Shown: positions 49,667-62,494, counted from the stretch's first letter. The stretch is 64,000 nt of DNA from Selaginella moellendorffii (GCF_000143415.4 NW_003314424.1:99194-163193), one strand, 5' to 3'. Notes: generated by a model from the sequence alone, not told the origin. Translations and numbers: made by a program.

Positions 49667-50089
49667 TTAGTCTTCTCTCCACCGGAACGAGCAGTTTGGA
49701 TTGCCGCACCTGTAAAAGGCTGTGCTTGGCTCGTCCGCCGATCTGATCTGGACCAGCATAAAGTAAGCATGCCCATAGTTGCACTTGGCACAGGTAACTG
49801 TCCAGCCCCACGGTTGTAAGAAGCTCAGAGCTCATTCACACACACATACCTGGTGTGCGATCGCAATTCTTCCATGCGTCTTCTCCCCCCATAACGTCGT
49901 CAACCTCCTTGTTCTTGAGAGGGATCGGCTTGCTGATCTGAGAAGGAAGAGGCGTGAACGAGGAGAGAAAGCAGGAGAGCAAACCTTGAGGTCCACGCCG
50001 AAAATGTATGCACAGGTGGGGCAAAAGTATCTCAGCCTGCCAGCGTGCTCCACCAGCAGCAGGCTTGAGCATGTCGGGCAAAACTCCAT
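49667..50089 (-). CDS. NRPC11: RNA polymerase III subunit RPC10/C11, 3 exons
   Basis: MEFCPTC..FCPTC, KEVDDVMGG..W, CAKC..QIRSADEP..FYRC..C. Confidence 0.92.
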
Positions 50090-50130
50090 CGGGGAACCCT
50101 AAACAGGATCCCTAAGAAGCTCTAGTGTGT
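50090..50130. promoter_or_regulatory. 41-bp spacer between divergent start codons, with a telobox-like AACCCTAAA
   Basis: ATG at 50089 (-) and 50131 (+); AACCCTAAA at 50095-50103. Confidence 0.6.
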
Positions 50131-52124
50131 ATGGCAGCGGCGGCGGCGGTGCCCAGCTTTGGGGAGCTGGGCGTGCGCGAGGAGCTTGTAGACGCCTGCA
50201 CCAAGCTCGGATGGAAGGCACCCACGCCCATCCAGGTGGAGGCGCTCCCGCTGGCTCTGCAAGGTTTGTGTGTGTCCTGTTCGTGCGCGTGTGTGTTCCA
50301 ATCTCTCCACGCTTGTTGCTGACAGGCCGGGACTTGATCGGCCTCGCGCAGACTGGATCCGGGAAGACAGCGGCTTTCGCGCTGCCTATACTTCAAGCGC
50401 TGTTCCAGCAGTGCCACCCATTCTTTGCGTGCGTCCTGTCTCCCACCAGGTAAGAGAGCACAGGCGAGGAGAACTAATTACCTGGATGGATCATCAAATG
50501 CAGGGAGCTGGCCATCCAGATATCGGAGCAGTTTGAAGCGCTAGGATCACAAATCGGCGTCAGGAGCGTGGCTGTAAGAGTTGCTCTATCACCTGTTTTC
50601 GTCAGTTCCTTGTTGCGTGCTTGCGCGTGGACAGATTGTTGGAGGTGTCTCTATGGTAGATCAGGCTGTTGCGCTGGGCAAGAACCCGCATATTGTGGTA
50701 TGTTCTCTGCACGCAAGCACCGAGCTTTTTTACGACATTCCTCTTTCCACCAGGTAGCCACACCTGGAAGGCTGCTGGATCACCTCACAAACACAAAAGG
50801 CTTTAGCTTGCGAAACGTCAAGTACCTGGTAAAGATGACATGACACACCTCTTCTTCCCTTAAGGTCCGTGCTTCTTTGTGATCAGGTGCTTGATGAAGC
50901 GGACAAGATCCTGCACAACGATTTCGAGAAGGAGGTCGATGAGATCCTCAAGGTTGTCCCTCGGGAGAGGAAGACGTTCCTCTTCTCTGCTACAATGACA
51001 AACAAGGTGCGCTTTGTCTCCTGCTTTTTTCTCGTTCCGTTCATGTTCAACGTACGAGCAGGTGGCAAAACTTCAACGAGCCTGTCTTCGAAATCCGACA
51101 AAGGTTTGTGTTGCCTGTTTGCGGTTGCCAGATACTTGAGACAAGTGCATTGCAGGTGGAAGTCTCCTCCAAATACACTACCGCTCTTACCCTGAAACAA
51201 GAGTATGTCTTTGTTCCTGCCAAGCACAAGGTTTGCACCCGTGTTCTTGCTGTTTGAGTTTTGTCTCTCGTCCACATTGGCCAGGACTGTTACTTTGTAT
51301 TCCTGCTAAACGAGATGGCGGGGAGTACGGCAATGGTTTTCACAAGAACCTGTGACAGCACGAGGCGGCTGGCATTGATTCTCCGTAGCCTTGGATTCGG
51401 TGCTATCCCCATCAGCGGCCAGATGAGCCAGGTAAGGGGTCTTGGTTCGTCTATCCAACCAAACAGAGATGAGCTCACAGGTTTCCCCTTGTGCAGTCCA
51501 AGCGCTCGGGTGCCTTGTTGAAGTTTAAAGCTGGCGACAGAAACCTGCTCATATGTACTGACGTCGCCAGTCGTGGCCTCGACATCCCATCTGTGGATGT
51601 GGTCATCAACTACGACATACCAACAAACTCCAAGGCAAGTTTCATAAGACATTATCAGCTGCTCCTGACTCTCCCTTTCTCTCCCCTGGCTTTTGCAGGA
51701 TTACATACATCGCGTAGGAAGAACGGCCCGAGCTGGGAGGTCCGGGCGTGCAATATCCATTGTCACCCAGTACGACGTGGACCTGTACAAGAGGATAGAG
51801 GACTTGATTGGTAAGTGATCATGGACCTCTTGTTCGTTCTAACACTACTTGTCAGGCATGACTCTCCCCGAGTTTCCAGCAAAGGCGGACGAGGTCTTGT
51901 TACTCGAGGAGCGCGTCAGTGAGGCGCAGAGACTAGCTGCAATGGTTTGTACTCTTCTTTATTCTATGTACTGGTTAGTTGGATTACATTTTCTTGTGTG
52001 TGTGCAGCACATCCGAGAGAAGGACGCGTCCAAGAAATCCAAGAAGCGGCGGAACGGCGACGACGATGAGGCAGACGATGGTGGCTATATGGCTGGAAAG
52101 AGGAAGCAGTCGAAGAAGCGCTAG
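50131..52124 (+). CDS. RH10: DEAD-box RNA helicase of DDX47/Rrp3 type, many short introns
   Basis: [60 protein letters not shown]. Confidence 0.92.
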
Positions 52125-52594
52125 AAGGAACACGTCCTGGTGAAGTACTGGCGCTGGGGAGGCAGGGTGGCCACAAGCCTCTTGCTGCGCAAGTCGATCT
52201 CTCGGGCCTCTTGACAGAAGGCGCAGGGGAAGCACAGGCAGTGGACGCAGCAGTCACAGAGAGGAGACTCTGGGAGGTGGAACACGGATCGCAGCTTGCG
52301 CCTGTACCAGCACGAGTATGCGCATCCGCACAGGCACGGCTGGAGGAGGAACCAGAGCAGACAGGCAGCCACGCACGAAGTCTGGCCCCCGTCGAGAATC
52401 TCCACGTTCCTTCCCAGCGCCACACAGGGGCACAAACAGCCCAAGACACAAGTGGGGATGTCTGTCAAGCAATCGCACAAACCCGACTGCCACCCCTCCT
52501 CGTCGCCGCCATCACCACCACCGCCGGACACAAACCCCGCCTCCGCGTATCGTTGATAGGCAGCCGCATAGGCCTCGTCGCCACTGGAAGCCAT
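52121..52594 (-). CDS. PLAC8 / cell number regulator / plant cadmium resistance family protein
   Basis: WQSGLCDC, CLCPCVALG, YRRKLR, DCCVHCLCFPCAFCQEAREI. Confidence 0.92.
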   Translation of the reverse strand: MASSGDEAYAAAYQRYAEAGFVSGGGGDGGDEEGWQSGLCDCLTDIPTCVLGCLCPCVALGRNVEILDGGQTSCVAACLLWFLLQPCLCGCAYSCWYRRKLRSVFHLPESPLCDCCVHCLCFPCAFCQEAREIDLRSKRLVATLPPQRQYFTRTCSF

Positions 52595-52959
52595 CGCCGA
52601 TCGCCAAATAGTATCAACCCTAGCTTAAATTAAATCCCTTTGAAGACCATTTACGCGGCTGGAGCTCCGCGTCCGTGACCTGGTGCGGTTGCCGTGCGAC
52701 TCCGGCAAGCTTCACTGCCCTGTTTCGAATGTGAACCGGCACGGCTCGAAGCTCGTCTGTCCATCCGGCCCTGGCATCAGCACGGGAAGGGAAGCAGTGC
52801 ATCGTAAGTTTCCTTCCATTGCAGTATAATTGCCACAGTGCCCAAGAGCAAGTCATCTGCTTTCTGTTGAGGAATGCGAAACCAAACACAGCTTGGTCAC
52901 AAAGACTTATTGTCACTTTCTATTGCCAGAAGCAGCACACTTGCTTAAAAATCCGCTGC

Positions 52960-53400
52960 ACCACCTCCAGGGAACCGGTTTGGACTCGGACACCGCCTTC
53001 AGCACCTCCCCACTGAGTACAGGTAGCTGGAGGAACGAACAAAGTCAGCGGAGAGAAGATAGCTAGCCACGTCTCCTCCATTAAATGTGGCTCCGACTGC
53101 TCCTTCATCCTACTCCTCTGGAGATTTCATGCGAGTTAGACTGGCGAGAATCCTATCAATCAGCTGCTGGCCATGTGTAGCACTTCAATCTGGGATGTCT
53201 GCCTGTAAACCCGATCTTGAGAAAGGACACGTATAGTCAGCTCTCTTATGGTTCTTGACAGCAAGGGACAGCATGCCAGAGCTCTCTAGCAAAGGGAAGA
53301 GATCGATTTACCCTGGGCCAGTTTTTCATGAGCGTCCTGCTGGCTTGCAAGAAGTGCAAAGAGCCACATAGGCAGCCAATTTGCGTACATACCACTTAAA
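52960..53400 (-). pseudogene. Decayed, internally deleted copy of the P-loop NTPase gene at 61.05-62.4 kb
   Basis: Near-identical blocks to 61400-61800 (MKEQSEPH) and 62180-62290. Confidence 0.8.
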
Positions 53401-53559
53401 CATCGTGCACAAGAACCCGACGATGGGGATGGCGTGGGAGTTTGACATCATACCCCAACACGGCATTATTGGAGTATAGATTTAAAATAGTGATTAAATC
53501 AAATTCTCATTGCGGATGGGCGATAATAATTCAAATAAACGTCTGCGAATCACCCCCTT

Positions 53560-54720
53560 CACTCATGCCTTCTTCTTAAGAATGTGCGCCCCAAGTCTTG
53601 GTTGCCTACTGTAGCTACATCCTTGTTCCATCCTTGTTCTCCCGTTACAAGCGGCTAAAACCTCACGCACAAAAGAGGATGGATATCTTACCGTAGGGGG
53701 TCTTTACTCTTCTGCGATTTCGAAGTTCCTTGTGTTGCCAGCTACTTGCACTGAAATCGGTAAAGCGCATTAGGACGACAAGTGTTTTAGACTAATTACC
53801 TTGTGAGTTGTACAGATCGCCATTCATCACAGACTGTGACGCTTCCCGCTGTTTCTTCTTTTTCCTTCGACTGGCTGTCGCCTCGGGGTTCACTACCTTC
53901 ACTCTCTTCCAGTTGCCTCTTCTTCCCAACTGTCAGTTCTGCTTGGTCCACATCTGCTACTGGCACTTTGTCCCTCGCCACCCTGAGAAATGCATGGTTC
54001 CCAGCTGCAAATCGTTTTTGGACAAAGCGGACATGGCTTCCCCAACCTTTTGTGAAGGTTGCTGCTCTGACATCTTTAGGTCCTCCTTTAGCTTCCTCTG
54101 CCTCTCTGCTTCTTGCAATGCTTGCCTTTTCGCCTGCAAAGCTTCTTGTTGCTCCTCCAGCTTCTCCATCTAAACTTGTAACTCATGTATATTCTCGCTC
54201 CTCTGCTTGCTTCTTCACCCCCACTTTCTTGGCCATGTTCAATTATGTGCCGCAGATCAACATCACTGATCAGCTCTTCCCCTCCCTTTCGAGCCTAGAC
54301 AAAATCACCTCTCTAGTATGCAGCTTCCCTTTCAAGTGCCAAGGTCTCCATTTCCCTGTCCACCCACTCACGGAGCTCTCGCTTTTCCTGCTTAGCCGTT
54401 TCGCCTCGTCATGCAGCCACTTCATTGACTGCTTTTTACTCAATTTCCTTCGTAAGCCTGTCCTTCCTTTCATTGAGACTCCGACTTCTCCTAGTTCCTA
54501 AGCTCGTCAGATTCAGTCATTAAGTCTTGTTGACATGCCCGGAAATCGTTTATACCTCTTTCAATCAGCTGAACCTTGAGAAGAACTTCCCTCTCATTCT
54601 TGATCACATCAAGTAATTCTCCTCCTGAATCACCTTGAACCCCTCGAGTTCATCTTTCTCGGACGCGAACGCCAGAGGAAGCTCCTCCTCAACTTTCTCA
54701 TCCAGGGTGCAGAAAATTAG
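53560..54720 (-). pseudogene. Decayed duplicate of the NMCP/CRWN 3' region
   Basis: DKVPVADVDQAELTVGKKR and EAERQRKLKEDLK shared with 63094-63999; frameshifts and deletions. Confidence 0.85.
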
Positions 54721-55126
54721 CTTTGACATGGCCCACAAAAACAGCTGTCAAATATAGAGGAACTAGTTCAGTCCGTTCCTTTTCTTATACCAGGTTGTTA
54801 GAGAATGCCCAGAAGAATGTAAAGCGGAAAATAAGCTTTATTTACGCATGCTGTCCCTCTTGCAGCAAACAATTTCAGTGATTAAGTTGGCAATCCAACA
54901 TCTCTCGAACTGCACTAAACCTGCTCTACCTTTGACTTGGGCAATTTAAAATAATTCAAAATGTCCCCTCGTCTCCTTATGAAATGATCTTCCATTTTAA
55001 AATATGCTGTGCACAATTGCATAAGAGCATTAAGAAGTTTTTCATGCACAAAAATATAAAAATGAGCTATCCAAACATGTTTATATCCACTTACCCCAAG
55101 AAATAAATATGCAAATTTGAGTAAAA

Positions 55127-55949
55127 TCAACACTCTACCGTCTTCTGAAATTTTGACTGATGACTTCTTACATCCTCCCAAATGCATGTAGATGGCAATT
55201 CCATGACAACTTGCCTCTTCTTTCGAGATGGCTCCCCCTGATGACTTTCATTCTCATCACTGTCATTTTCTTTATCTCTATATGTTGAATCCTTGAGTTT
55301 GTCATGATCGTCATCATCTTCAGCACGCAGACTCTGCTGTTTCATTTTCGTGCAGCTATGCACAGGACTATGGGGAACTTCATCCGGATCCACGTCCATG
55401 TGTTGGAGCAGTCCCTTGCCAGCCTCAGGGAGGACCTGTGGAACTTGGCAGGGGCTGGCTTCTGGACCATGGCTAGAGATGACTCCTGGAACCGGAGCCT
55501 GGCTGGAGCTGGCTTCTGAAACCGGAGCTTCCCCCCTGCAATGAACACTGGTGATTAAAAGCGAGTGAGAAAGAGAGCATACTCCAATGCAGCCTTGGCA
55601 AGCTTTTGAGTGTTCACAGAGTAGGTGTCTCTGATTCGAATCTGAACCCGGCTCGCATTCTGTCATCACGAAGCTCATACATCTCATCTGGCCCTGGCAT
55701 CAGCACAGGAAGCAGTGCATCCTACGCTTCCTGGTTCCGTTGCGGTATGATCGCCACACTGACCAGAAAGCATAAGAGCAAGTCTTCCTTGGTGATCTGC
55801 TTTCTGTTGAGGATGATGAAGCGGTTGAAGCAGACAAGCCCTTTTACTTCCAGCGGTTTCCCACACAGCTTGGTCACAAAGCCCCGGAGCTTGACAGTGT
55901 ACTCAGAACATTCCGCAATTTTCCAGGTGATGTATTTTCTTTCCTCCAA
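55127..55949 (-). pseudogene. Unknown gene fragment, partly duplicated at 52765-52925
   Basis: Shared block GGCCCTGGCATCAGCAC..GAAGCAGTGCATC..ATCTGCTTTCTGTTGAGGA..CACAGCTTGGTCACAAAG; in-frame stop at 55722. Confidence 0.4.
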
Positions 55950-56077
55950 CAGTGCTTGTTTCTAACATTCAACCATGCGTATTTCAGTGCATTCAGGGGC
56001 TTCCAGAGGGCGAAATGCATAGGATTTCTCTCATCGTTATACTTTACCAATCCAAACTGAACTTCTCTTTAAAAATC

Positions 56078-56940
56078 AGGGCTGGCCAGTGAAAAGGCTC
56101 AAGGACGTCAAACCATCAGATGCACTGAAACATCCAAACTTAAGTATAGGAAAGAAAATTACAGTGGATTCGGCAACCTTGATGAACAAGGTATAAAAAA
56201 CTTTTTTATAAGCTGATATTTTGTCTGCTGAACTAACATCTTCTGCTGGCAGGGACTCGAGGTCATTGAAGCTCACTATTTGTTTGGAGCTGACTATGAT
56301 GACATTGACATTGTTATCCATCCCCAATCGATTATACCCTCCATAATCAAGCCATAGGTAATATTAGTTGAATGCTGCGTCAACACACAACTAACACAAC
56401 TAGTCAAATACAGGATTCCTCCATTCTGGTGCAATTGGGGTGGCCTGACATGCGACTACCTATTCTTTACACACTCTCTTGGCCGGATAGGATTCCATGC
56501 TCAGAAATCACCTGGCCAAGGCTTGATTTTGTCAAGTAAGCTTCACATTTTATCACCTTGTCCTTTGGAAACATTTATTCACACCGGAGCTTTGAAACAG
56601 GACTGGATCGCTAACGTTCAAAGCCCCCGACTGAGCAAAGGATCCATCCATGGACATATCCTATGCAGCTGGAAGAATGGGAGGAACCATGACAGGAGTC
56701 ATGAGCGCGGCCAACGAGAAAGCAGTGGAGCTCTTCCTAGACGAGAAGTAAGCAAAATAGTTGGTTTCCAAGGATTCTTTTCTCATGATTGGTTATTTCG
56801 ACATCATCAGATTGATCGAGAAGACTTGCGAAACGCACAAGTGAGATTTTGTCAAGGAGCCAAGCCTGGATGTTATCCTCGCATCCGACCAATGGGCCCG
56901 GATTTACGCTGCGGAAGTCGCGGCACGGGCCTCTCTGGTA
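56078..56940 (+). pseudogene. DXR: 1-deoxy-D-xylulose-5-phosphate reductoisomerase, C-terminal half, with introns and stops
   Basis: [57 protein letters not shown]. Confidence 0.88.
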
Positions 56941-57597
56941 TGAGAATATATATACACCTCTGTTCTTTGAACTAAAAGCTCTTGTTGCTTGCGGTTCTCG
57001 ATCGACTTAATTCGTAAAACGTTTCTTCCAGCTTCGTAGTCAGGGACAGGGTCCAAGAATGTACGCTGGAGGTCTCAAAGTCAGTGGATCTTTCTTGTTA
57101 TCACGCGAGGAAGAATGGTGGTTGCTGGCAACCGAGTCGTAACCATGAGCACCAGCAGCAGCAGGATGATCGCAATGAGCGTGCACTTCCGGGAGCTCCT
57201 CTGGTGCTGCTTGGCATAGTGGCTGCGAGTTCCCTGTCCACGTAGTTGGCCGCCATGCAATCATATCTCAAGGAGCTTCCACCAGCACAGCCATGTCGAG
57301 AAAAATCTGGTGGAGTTCCAGCAAGTTTTTCTTGATCTCCTTTCCCTCTCCCGGATCTCCTCATACTGGATCGCCCTCTGGACGAACACCGGTCTCGACT
57401 CTTGATGGTCTTGTGCTGCACCGTCCAATAGACAAGATCTGACAGACAAACTTGAACATGTCACTCGCCTCTCAAACTTGATCATCCAAAATGTAAATGT
57501 AAATGTGGCAAACTCATGTATGCCCGAAGTTCATCCAACTTTCACGAGTTGGATTTCAATCTAAACAACAAGCATTATCATGCTATTGCATCAAAAG

Positions 57598-58449
57598 TCA
57601 TGCAGAAGAAATGGGCGGTAGCTGCAGAAGTACACGATCTTGAGCCCACACTACATTGAAGGTGGTAGCCTCCAAATCACCAAGCTCTGGAGCGCGGTTG
57701 CACACAACAACATTTGGAATACCAAATCCAGAATCAGCATGCATGGTGTGGTAATGCCACTGCCTCTCCTCCAAGTCGTAGACCACAATGAAGCGACCAG
57801 AGTCTACATCCGGATAGCTTATATTCCCCTGAGATATGCAAGCGTAGCGACCACCTGCCGTAAACCAAAACAAGTTACCACCTAATCTGTCAACCCCATC
57901 CTGGTATATGGGATGTGTAGCAACTTTTTGCCACCCTTCTTCACCACCCTGCCAGCTGAAGACCTGAAACTCTTCAAAAGGTATGCAAGACATCATGTAG
58001 AAGCTGCCCTCGTGCCAGTGGAAACCCTTAGGACGAACATTATCTGGCGCCGCCGGCAAGCCCTTGTATGATCGATTCTTGGGGTTGTAGTGGACGGATG
58101 GAATGTACGTATTTCCAATCTCCCTCACCTCTTGAGCATCCATTAACTCAAGCTCGACGTCTTCTTTCCCTTCAACATCTAACAGAGGCTGCCAGCTCCC
58201 GGTGGAGGAGACGTAGAGAAAGCAACCGTGGATTGCCATGTACGCAACGTAGAGCTGATCATGATATCTGTCGAGCAGCAAAGAGAATGGACCCATTTCG
58301 TGGCAGGAAGGGGCCAAGCGTAGGCCATGGCTTCCAATTAACTGCTCCGGGATCATGAGACGTTCTCCATCACACGGGCTCCATGCTAATGTGCAATCGT
58401 CTGTGCCATTGCCTCTGTGAACGAGGACCCAGGTTTTTGAATCATCCAT
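57598..58449 (-). CDS. Intronless 283-aa ORF, possibly beta-propeller (F-box-associated/kelch-like)
   Basis: Long ORF with W-spaced motifs (SSTGSWQPL, GWQKVAT, VVYDLEERQW); family call weak. Confidence 0.45.
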   Translation of the reverse strand: MDDSKTWVLVHRGNGTDDCTLAWSPCDGERLMIPEQLIGSHGLRLAPSCHEMGPFSLLLDRYHDQLYVAYMAIHGCFLYVSSTGSWQPLLDVEGKEDVELELMDAQEVREIGNTYIPSVHYNPKNRSYKGLPAAPDNVRPKGFHWHEGSFYMMSCIPFEEFQVFSWQGGEEGWQKVATHPIYQDGVDRLGGNLFWFTAGGRYACISQGNISYPDVDSGRFIVVYDLEERQWHYHTMHADSGFGIPNVVVCNRAPELGDLEATTFNVVWAQDRVLLQLPPISSA

Positions 58450-59479
58450 CTCCTCTATCCTATTTGCTACTTTAACCGCTGAACCTTTAGCCGATGGAAA
58501 CAGCTCCAGCCCTGGATCAGAGACAATCTCCCACTCACCATCATCACCCGGTAACCATGCTCAAGACCTCAACCTAATTATCTAGGGTTCATCTGGATCT
58601 ATGGCTTACACTCTCATGCGCGAGGAGCTCTTGGACTTTGTGCTATCCGAGAAGCTGCTTGGTATTGATTGGCATAGTTCATTTTTCGTCTCTCACTGCT
58701 TACAGCTACTACAGTACAGGCTTTCAATTTTGACGATTGATACAAGGAGTGGTATATAGACCACGGATCCCAGGAGAACAATGTTCACGTGCTCGAAACA
58801 ATGGCTTTTCCTGCCGAATTTTTTCCAAATGGCATCCAGCCATACAAAGGTATGGGAGTTAGAATACACCATACCTTGACTGGTGTGATTTACCACAAGG
58901 ACGGCTACTTTTGCTCTACCCACCATAGATGCTTGGCGGATGAGAAAATGATGAAGACTCACAAAGCTAAGGAGATTCCAGGATACCATGTATGTTACAC
59001 TGCTACTTTGAGAGGTATGTTTTCTGTGTTTTATTGCTTTCTATTTATTCAGCATTGAATTTTAAGAGACATTATCCCACTTGAAATGGTGCTGATCTTT
59101 GGTGGACTTGGAAGTATTCCAAAATCACATGGCCACGGTATTCTATCATCACAAGCTGGGTTCCACAAGTTGGGTTTCATGAGTGGCCTTTTGTATCATT
59201 TTGTGATCACGAAGTATTTGATTTATAGATGATATTTTTTTTACAACATTTATTTTTCTATTTTCTCAGTATCAAAGACATAGAATGGATCATGGAGGGC
59301 ACGGACTGGACTTTCAAGATCACCTGCATCAATTGTAAAAAGTAGATCCTACAGTGGTGAAAGGAGTTGTGACTGTACACAAAGAAGGTTGAGTTAAAAA
59401 CTCAGGGAGAGCGCCTCGAATGTCTAACCGTAATCCATCCCTGCCAAGAACAAAAAGAATAAAGCAAAAACCCGTCTAC

Positions 59480-59760
59480 CTATAGCATATGTTGGTGTTT
59501 CCTTCAAAACGTTCGCCAGCATCACGTAAGGCAAGTGCTTCCCCAGACTTTTGGAGTGAGTCGTCTCTAAACATTCTCCACTCCCTCGACTCCGGAGCTA
59601 ATGCCATCCGAGTGTGTGATGCAAGCTCCAACGAAGGATGTCCAGCCGATAGCTCCAGGCCTGAGAGGCATCGAATTCAGCAACTCATGAGCCTCCGTTA
59701 ACTTCCCAACTCTTCCCAGGATGTCAGCCAGTAGTGCTAACTTTAGGGCTCTTGGTTTGT
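59480..59760 (-). pseudogene. PLS-class PPR protein C-terminal (E-domain) fragment
   Basis: LADILGRVGKLTEAHELLNSMPLRPGAIGWTSFVGACITH. Confidence 0.8.
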
Positions 59761-60059
59761 ATGCATTGCCGCTGCGATATTCCGAGCGATTGACCGCGCG
59801 TCTAGTGATTTCTGGGAGCTGCCGATGGCTTTGGAGGCTGTCTTTAGCAAATGCTTTTCTGGAGCTGGGATTTCTCATGGATGTGGAAATTTCTTTCTAG
59901 GGGGATTTGCAGCAGCTGAGCTCGAGCTCCAGGTCGTGTTTCACGGGAAGGAAATTGGCAGTAACAGGTGCGTGAGACACGTTTTCGACAGCGACAGTGC
60001 TCATTCGTGCATGTTTGCGGGCGCTCAATGTGGTACCTCCTCCAGTACGCAGGAGTACC

Positions 60060-60540
60060 CAAGAAATGCTGGTTCCTCTAAGATACGCTGCTCGTCAAAT
60101 GATCCTCCCTCAGCTTGGCCAGAGCAATGGTGGATGGAGCTAGGAAAAAATCCTGGGATGGACCAAAGCCCATTTCACTTCTTGGATCCACGGGCTCCAT
60201 CGGCACACAGGTTAGAATCCCTGTTTTCCTTCGTTTCCTATGCAAGCGATGAGGATGCTAACGTGGTGTTGTGCCACACACTTGACATCATCTCGGAAAA
60301 CCCTGACAGATTCGAAGTTGTTGGCCTGGCTTCTGGCTCAAACGTTACACTTGTTGCTGATCAGGTAAACTACGAATTGGTCAGCCGTCGTATCTGTTTA
60401 TACGAGCTTACACTGCCAATCAACAGGTCAGGAGATTCAAACCAAGCATGGTTGGGATTCGAGACCGAATTAAAAGAAGCCATTGCTGATCTTGACGAAA
60501 ATCCAGAGATTGTCGTTGGGGACGAAGGAATTGTACAGGT
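60060..60540 (+). pseudogene. DXR: DXR N-terminal part, frameshifted and 3'-truncated
   Basis: [25 protein letters not shown] (alternative frame), TLDIISENPDRFEVVGLASGSNVTLVADQ, PEIVVGDEGIVQ. Confidence 0.88.
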
Positions 60541-61052
60541 ACTTCAATTTGCTCAGTTGTTTTTTCTCATATTTTTTTTCTCTTGTGTTTGCTTTTTTTT
60601 GCTCTTCAGATAGCGTGTCATCCAGAGGCAGTAGAAGTTGTGGCATATTGGCGGAGGCAGCCGCGCGCATACCGGACAACAAAGATCAGTTGAATGCGGT
60701 GCTGGAGGTGGCGCAGCGAGTTTTCAAGCAAGCGTACGTTGTGGAGGGGCCTCGAGGGGAAATAGTTACATGCCTGTTGCAAGCACGTCGTTGAAGACTA
60801 AGTTTACTCAGCCGGCAGTCCATATGTTCTACCTCTTGCAAAGAAACACGGAATCAACATCCTACCTGCGGGAGATTTTCCTTGTTGGCTAGAGCAATAT
60901 CCTTTCCAGCTGCTATTGCTGCTACTGTAGGCTGCAAAGAATATTATTGTACATGTCTAAGTGCTTGAAGAACAAACTTTCGTGTACGCTTACCTTGAGG
61001 CTAGCACAACCAACCATTCCTAGGCTTGAACGTGTCCGCGGTGAAGACCCAG

Positions 61053-62400
61053 TCACGGTTGGTCGGATCCTTTCTTCAGCTGCAAGGACATTAGCTTCTT
61101 TGCCTGCTCGAAGTCCCACCACAAGCTCCCCACCACCCAGATCGGCTCAAAGAACCTGGTCGAAGAGGAGCTGCGCTCTTGCATTTGCGGAGGGATGACG
61201 AGGCCGAGCTTTCCGGCAGTATCTGCTACCAGTCCGAACACCTTTAAGTTGCGCGGAATGCACGAAAAAAACCTCCTGCAGGTCAGGAATGAACCGGCTA
61301 CCTGTCCAAACCATGAAGACACCTTGTCCATGCAGACAATGATCTTCTTATCCGGTACGAAAGTCTTGTTGGCCGTCTTCCGGATCCAGTGAGTTAGCTT
61401 CACACCATCCCAGTCCTGTCCTGGACCCGGCTTGGACACACGCACCTCCTCCAGCACCTCCCCACGGAGTTTAAGGTAGCTGGAGGAAAGAGCACCAGCA
61501 GCACAAAGTCAGCAAGCAAAAAGAGAAGATAGGAGAAGATAGTCGCGTACCTTTTAGCCACGGGTTCGCCAAAGTGTGGCTCCGACTGCTCCTTCATCCA
61601 CTCCTCCGGAGATTTCTCTTTGATCTGAGTTAAAATGGCGAGAACCCATGCTGCCACGGCGTGTGGATCGTTGCTCATTTTGCTACTAATCAGCTGCTGC
61701 GCCACAGCACTTCGATCCGGGATGCCTGTAGACCCGATCTTGAGAAAGGAGACGTACACTACGTAGAAGCCCTTGGTGGCCAGCTCTCGCATGGTTCTTG
61801 ACTTTCCCCACCCAGAGCTCTGCAGCACCATCGTCCATGCTGCAAGCTGCCCCATATCGTTGTGCCACTCGTCAAACAAGCCATTGATAACCTCTGCAAC
61901 GTAGTCCAACACTTTGCAAGGATCCTGGTAAGGGCGATCCCAGGCCACCTGTAGCGCCTCCTTGACACTCAGTGGGTAGTCAACTTTTGGACGTACTGTG
62001 GTTGGAGATGCATACTCAAGCACGGCCAAGACGAGTCCCCGGCGTTTTGAATCGCTGTGAGCAGCCCTTCCATCCATTCCTGATTTCAACAGTAGAGGAT
62101 CGTCCCAAGGGACGACGGTGGTGAGCCATGTGAAGAGGTTATCCGAGATATTGGCAGTGATGGATCAAACGGGGGCATACCCCGGGCCAGTTTCTCAAGA
62201 GCGTCGCGCTGGCTTGCAGGAAGTGCTGGGTGAGAGAGGCATGAGACACAAGATAGGCAGCGTCATATTGCGTACATACCACAAACATACACGTCGCGTG
62301 AGGGCGCAAGAGTGCGTCGCCATGCTCCTTGTTCAGCTCCTCCGCCGAGACAGTGTTAGGAACCGCAAGATTCGCACCGTCAAACTCCCATCGCACTCCG
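61053..62400 (-). pseudogene. P-loop NTPase with QSSGxGKSR Walker A, likely disrupted
   Basis: VLQSSGWGKSRTMREL, YVVYVSF..STGIPDRS, Walker-B-like IIVCMDK in the next frame. Confidence 0.6.
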
Positions 62401-62494
62401 CCATCCCTAGTTCTACCAGGGTTTCCTACAAAACCTGATGTTGGAGACTGACTAAATCAAATTCCATTCTATAAGGATATACATACAACCCAAA

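Noticed and set aside
57040-57485. Three overlapping short ORFs; also exon-like pieces at 58690-59400
   Set aside because: No identifiable product; probably decayed fragments
59825-60613. 262-aa ORF as a functional DXR
   Set aside because: Reads through introns, the GSTGSIG motif is in another frame, and the C-terminal half is not downstream
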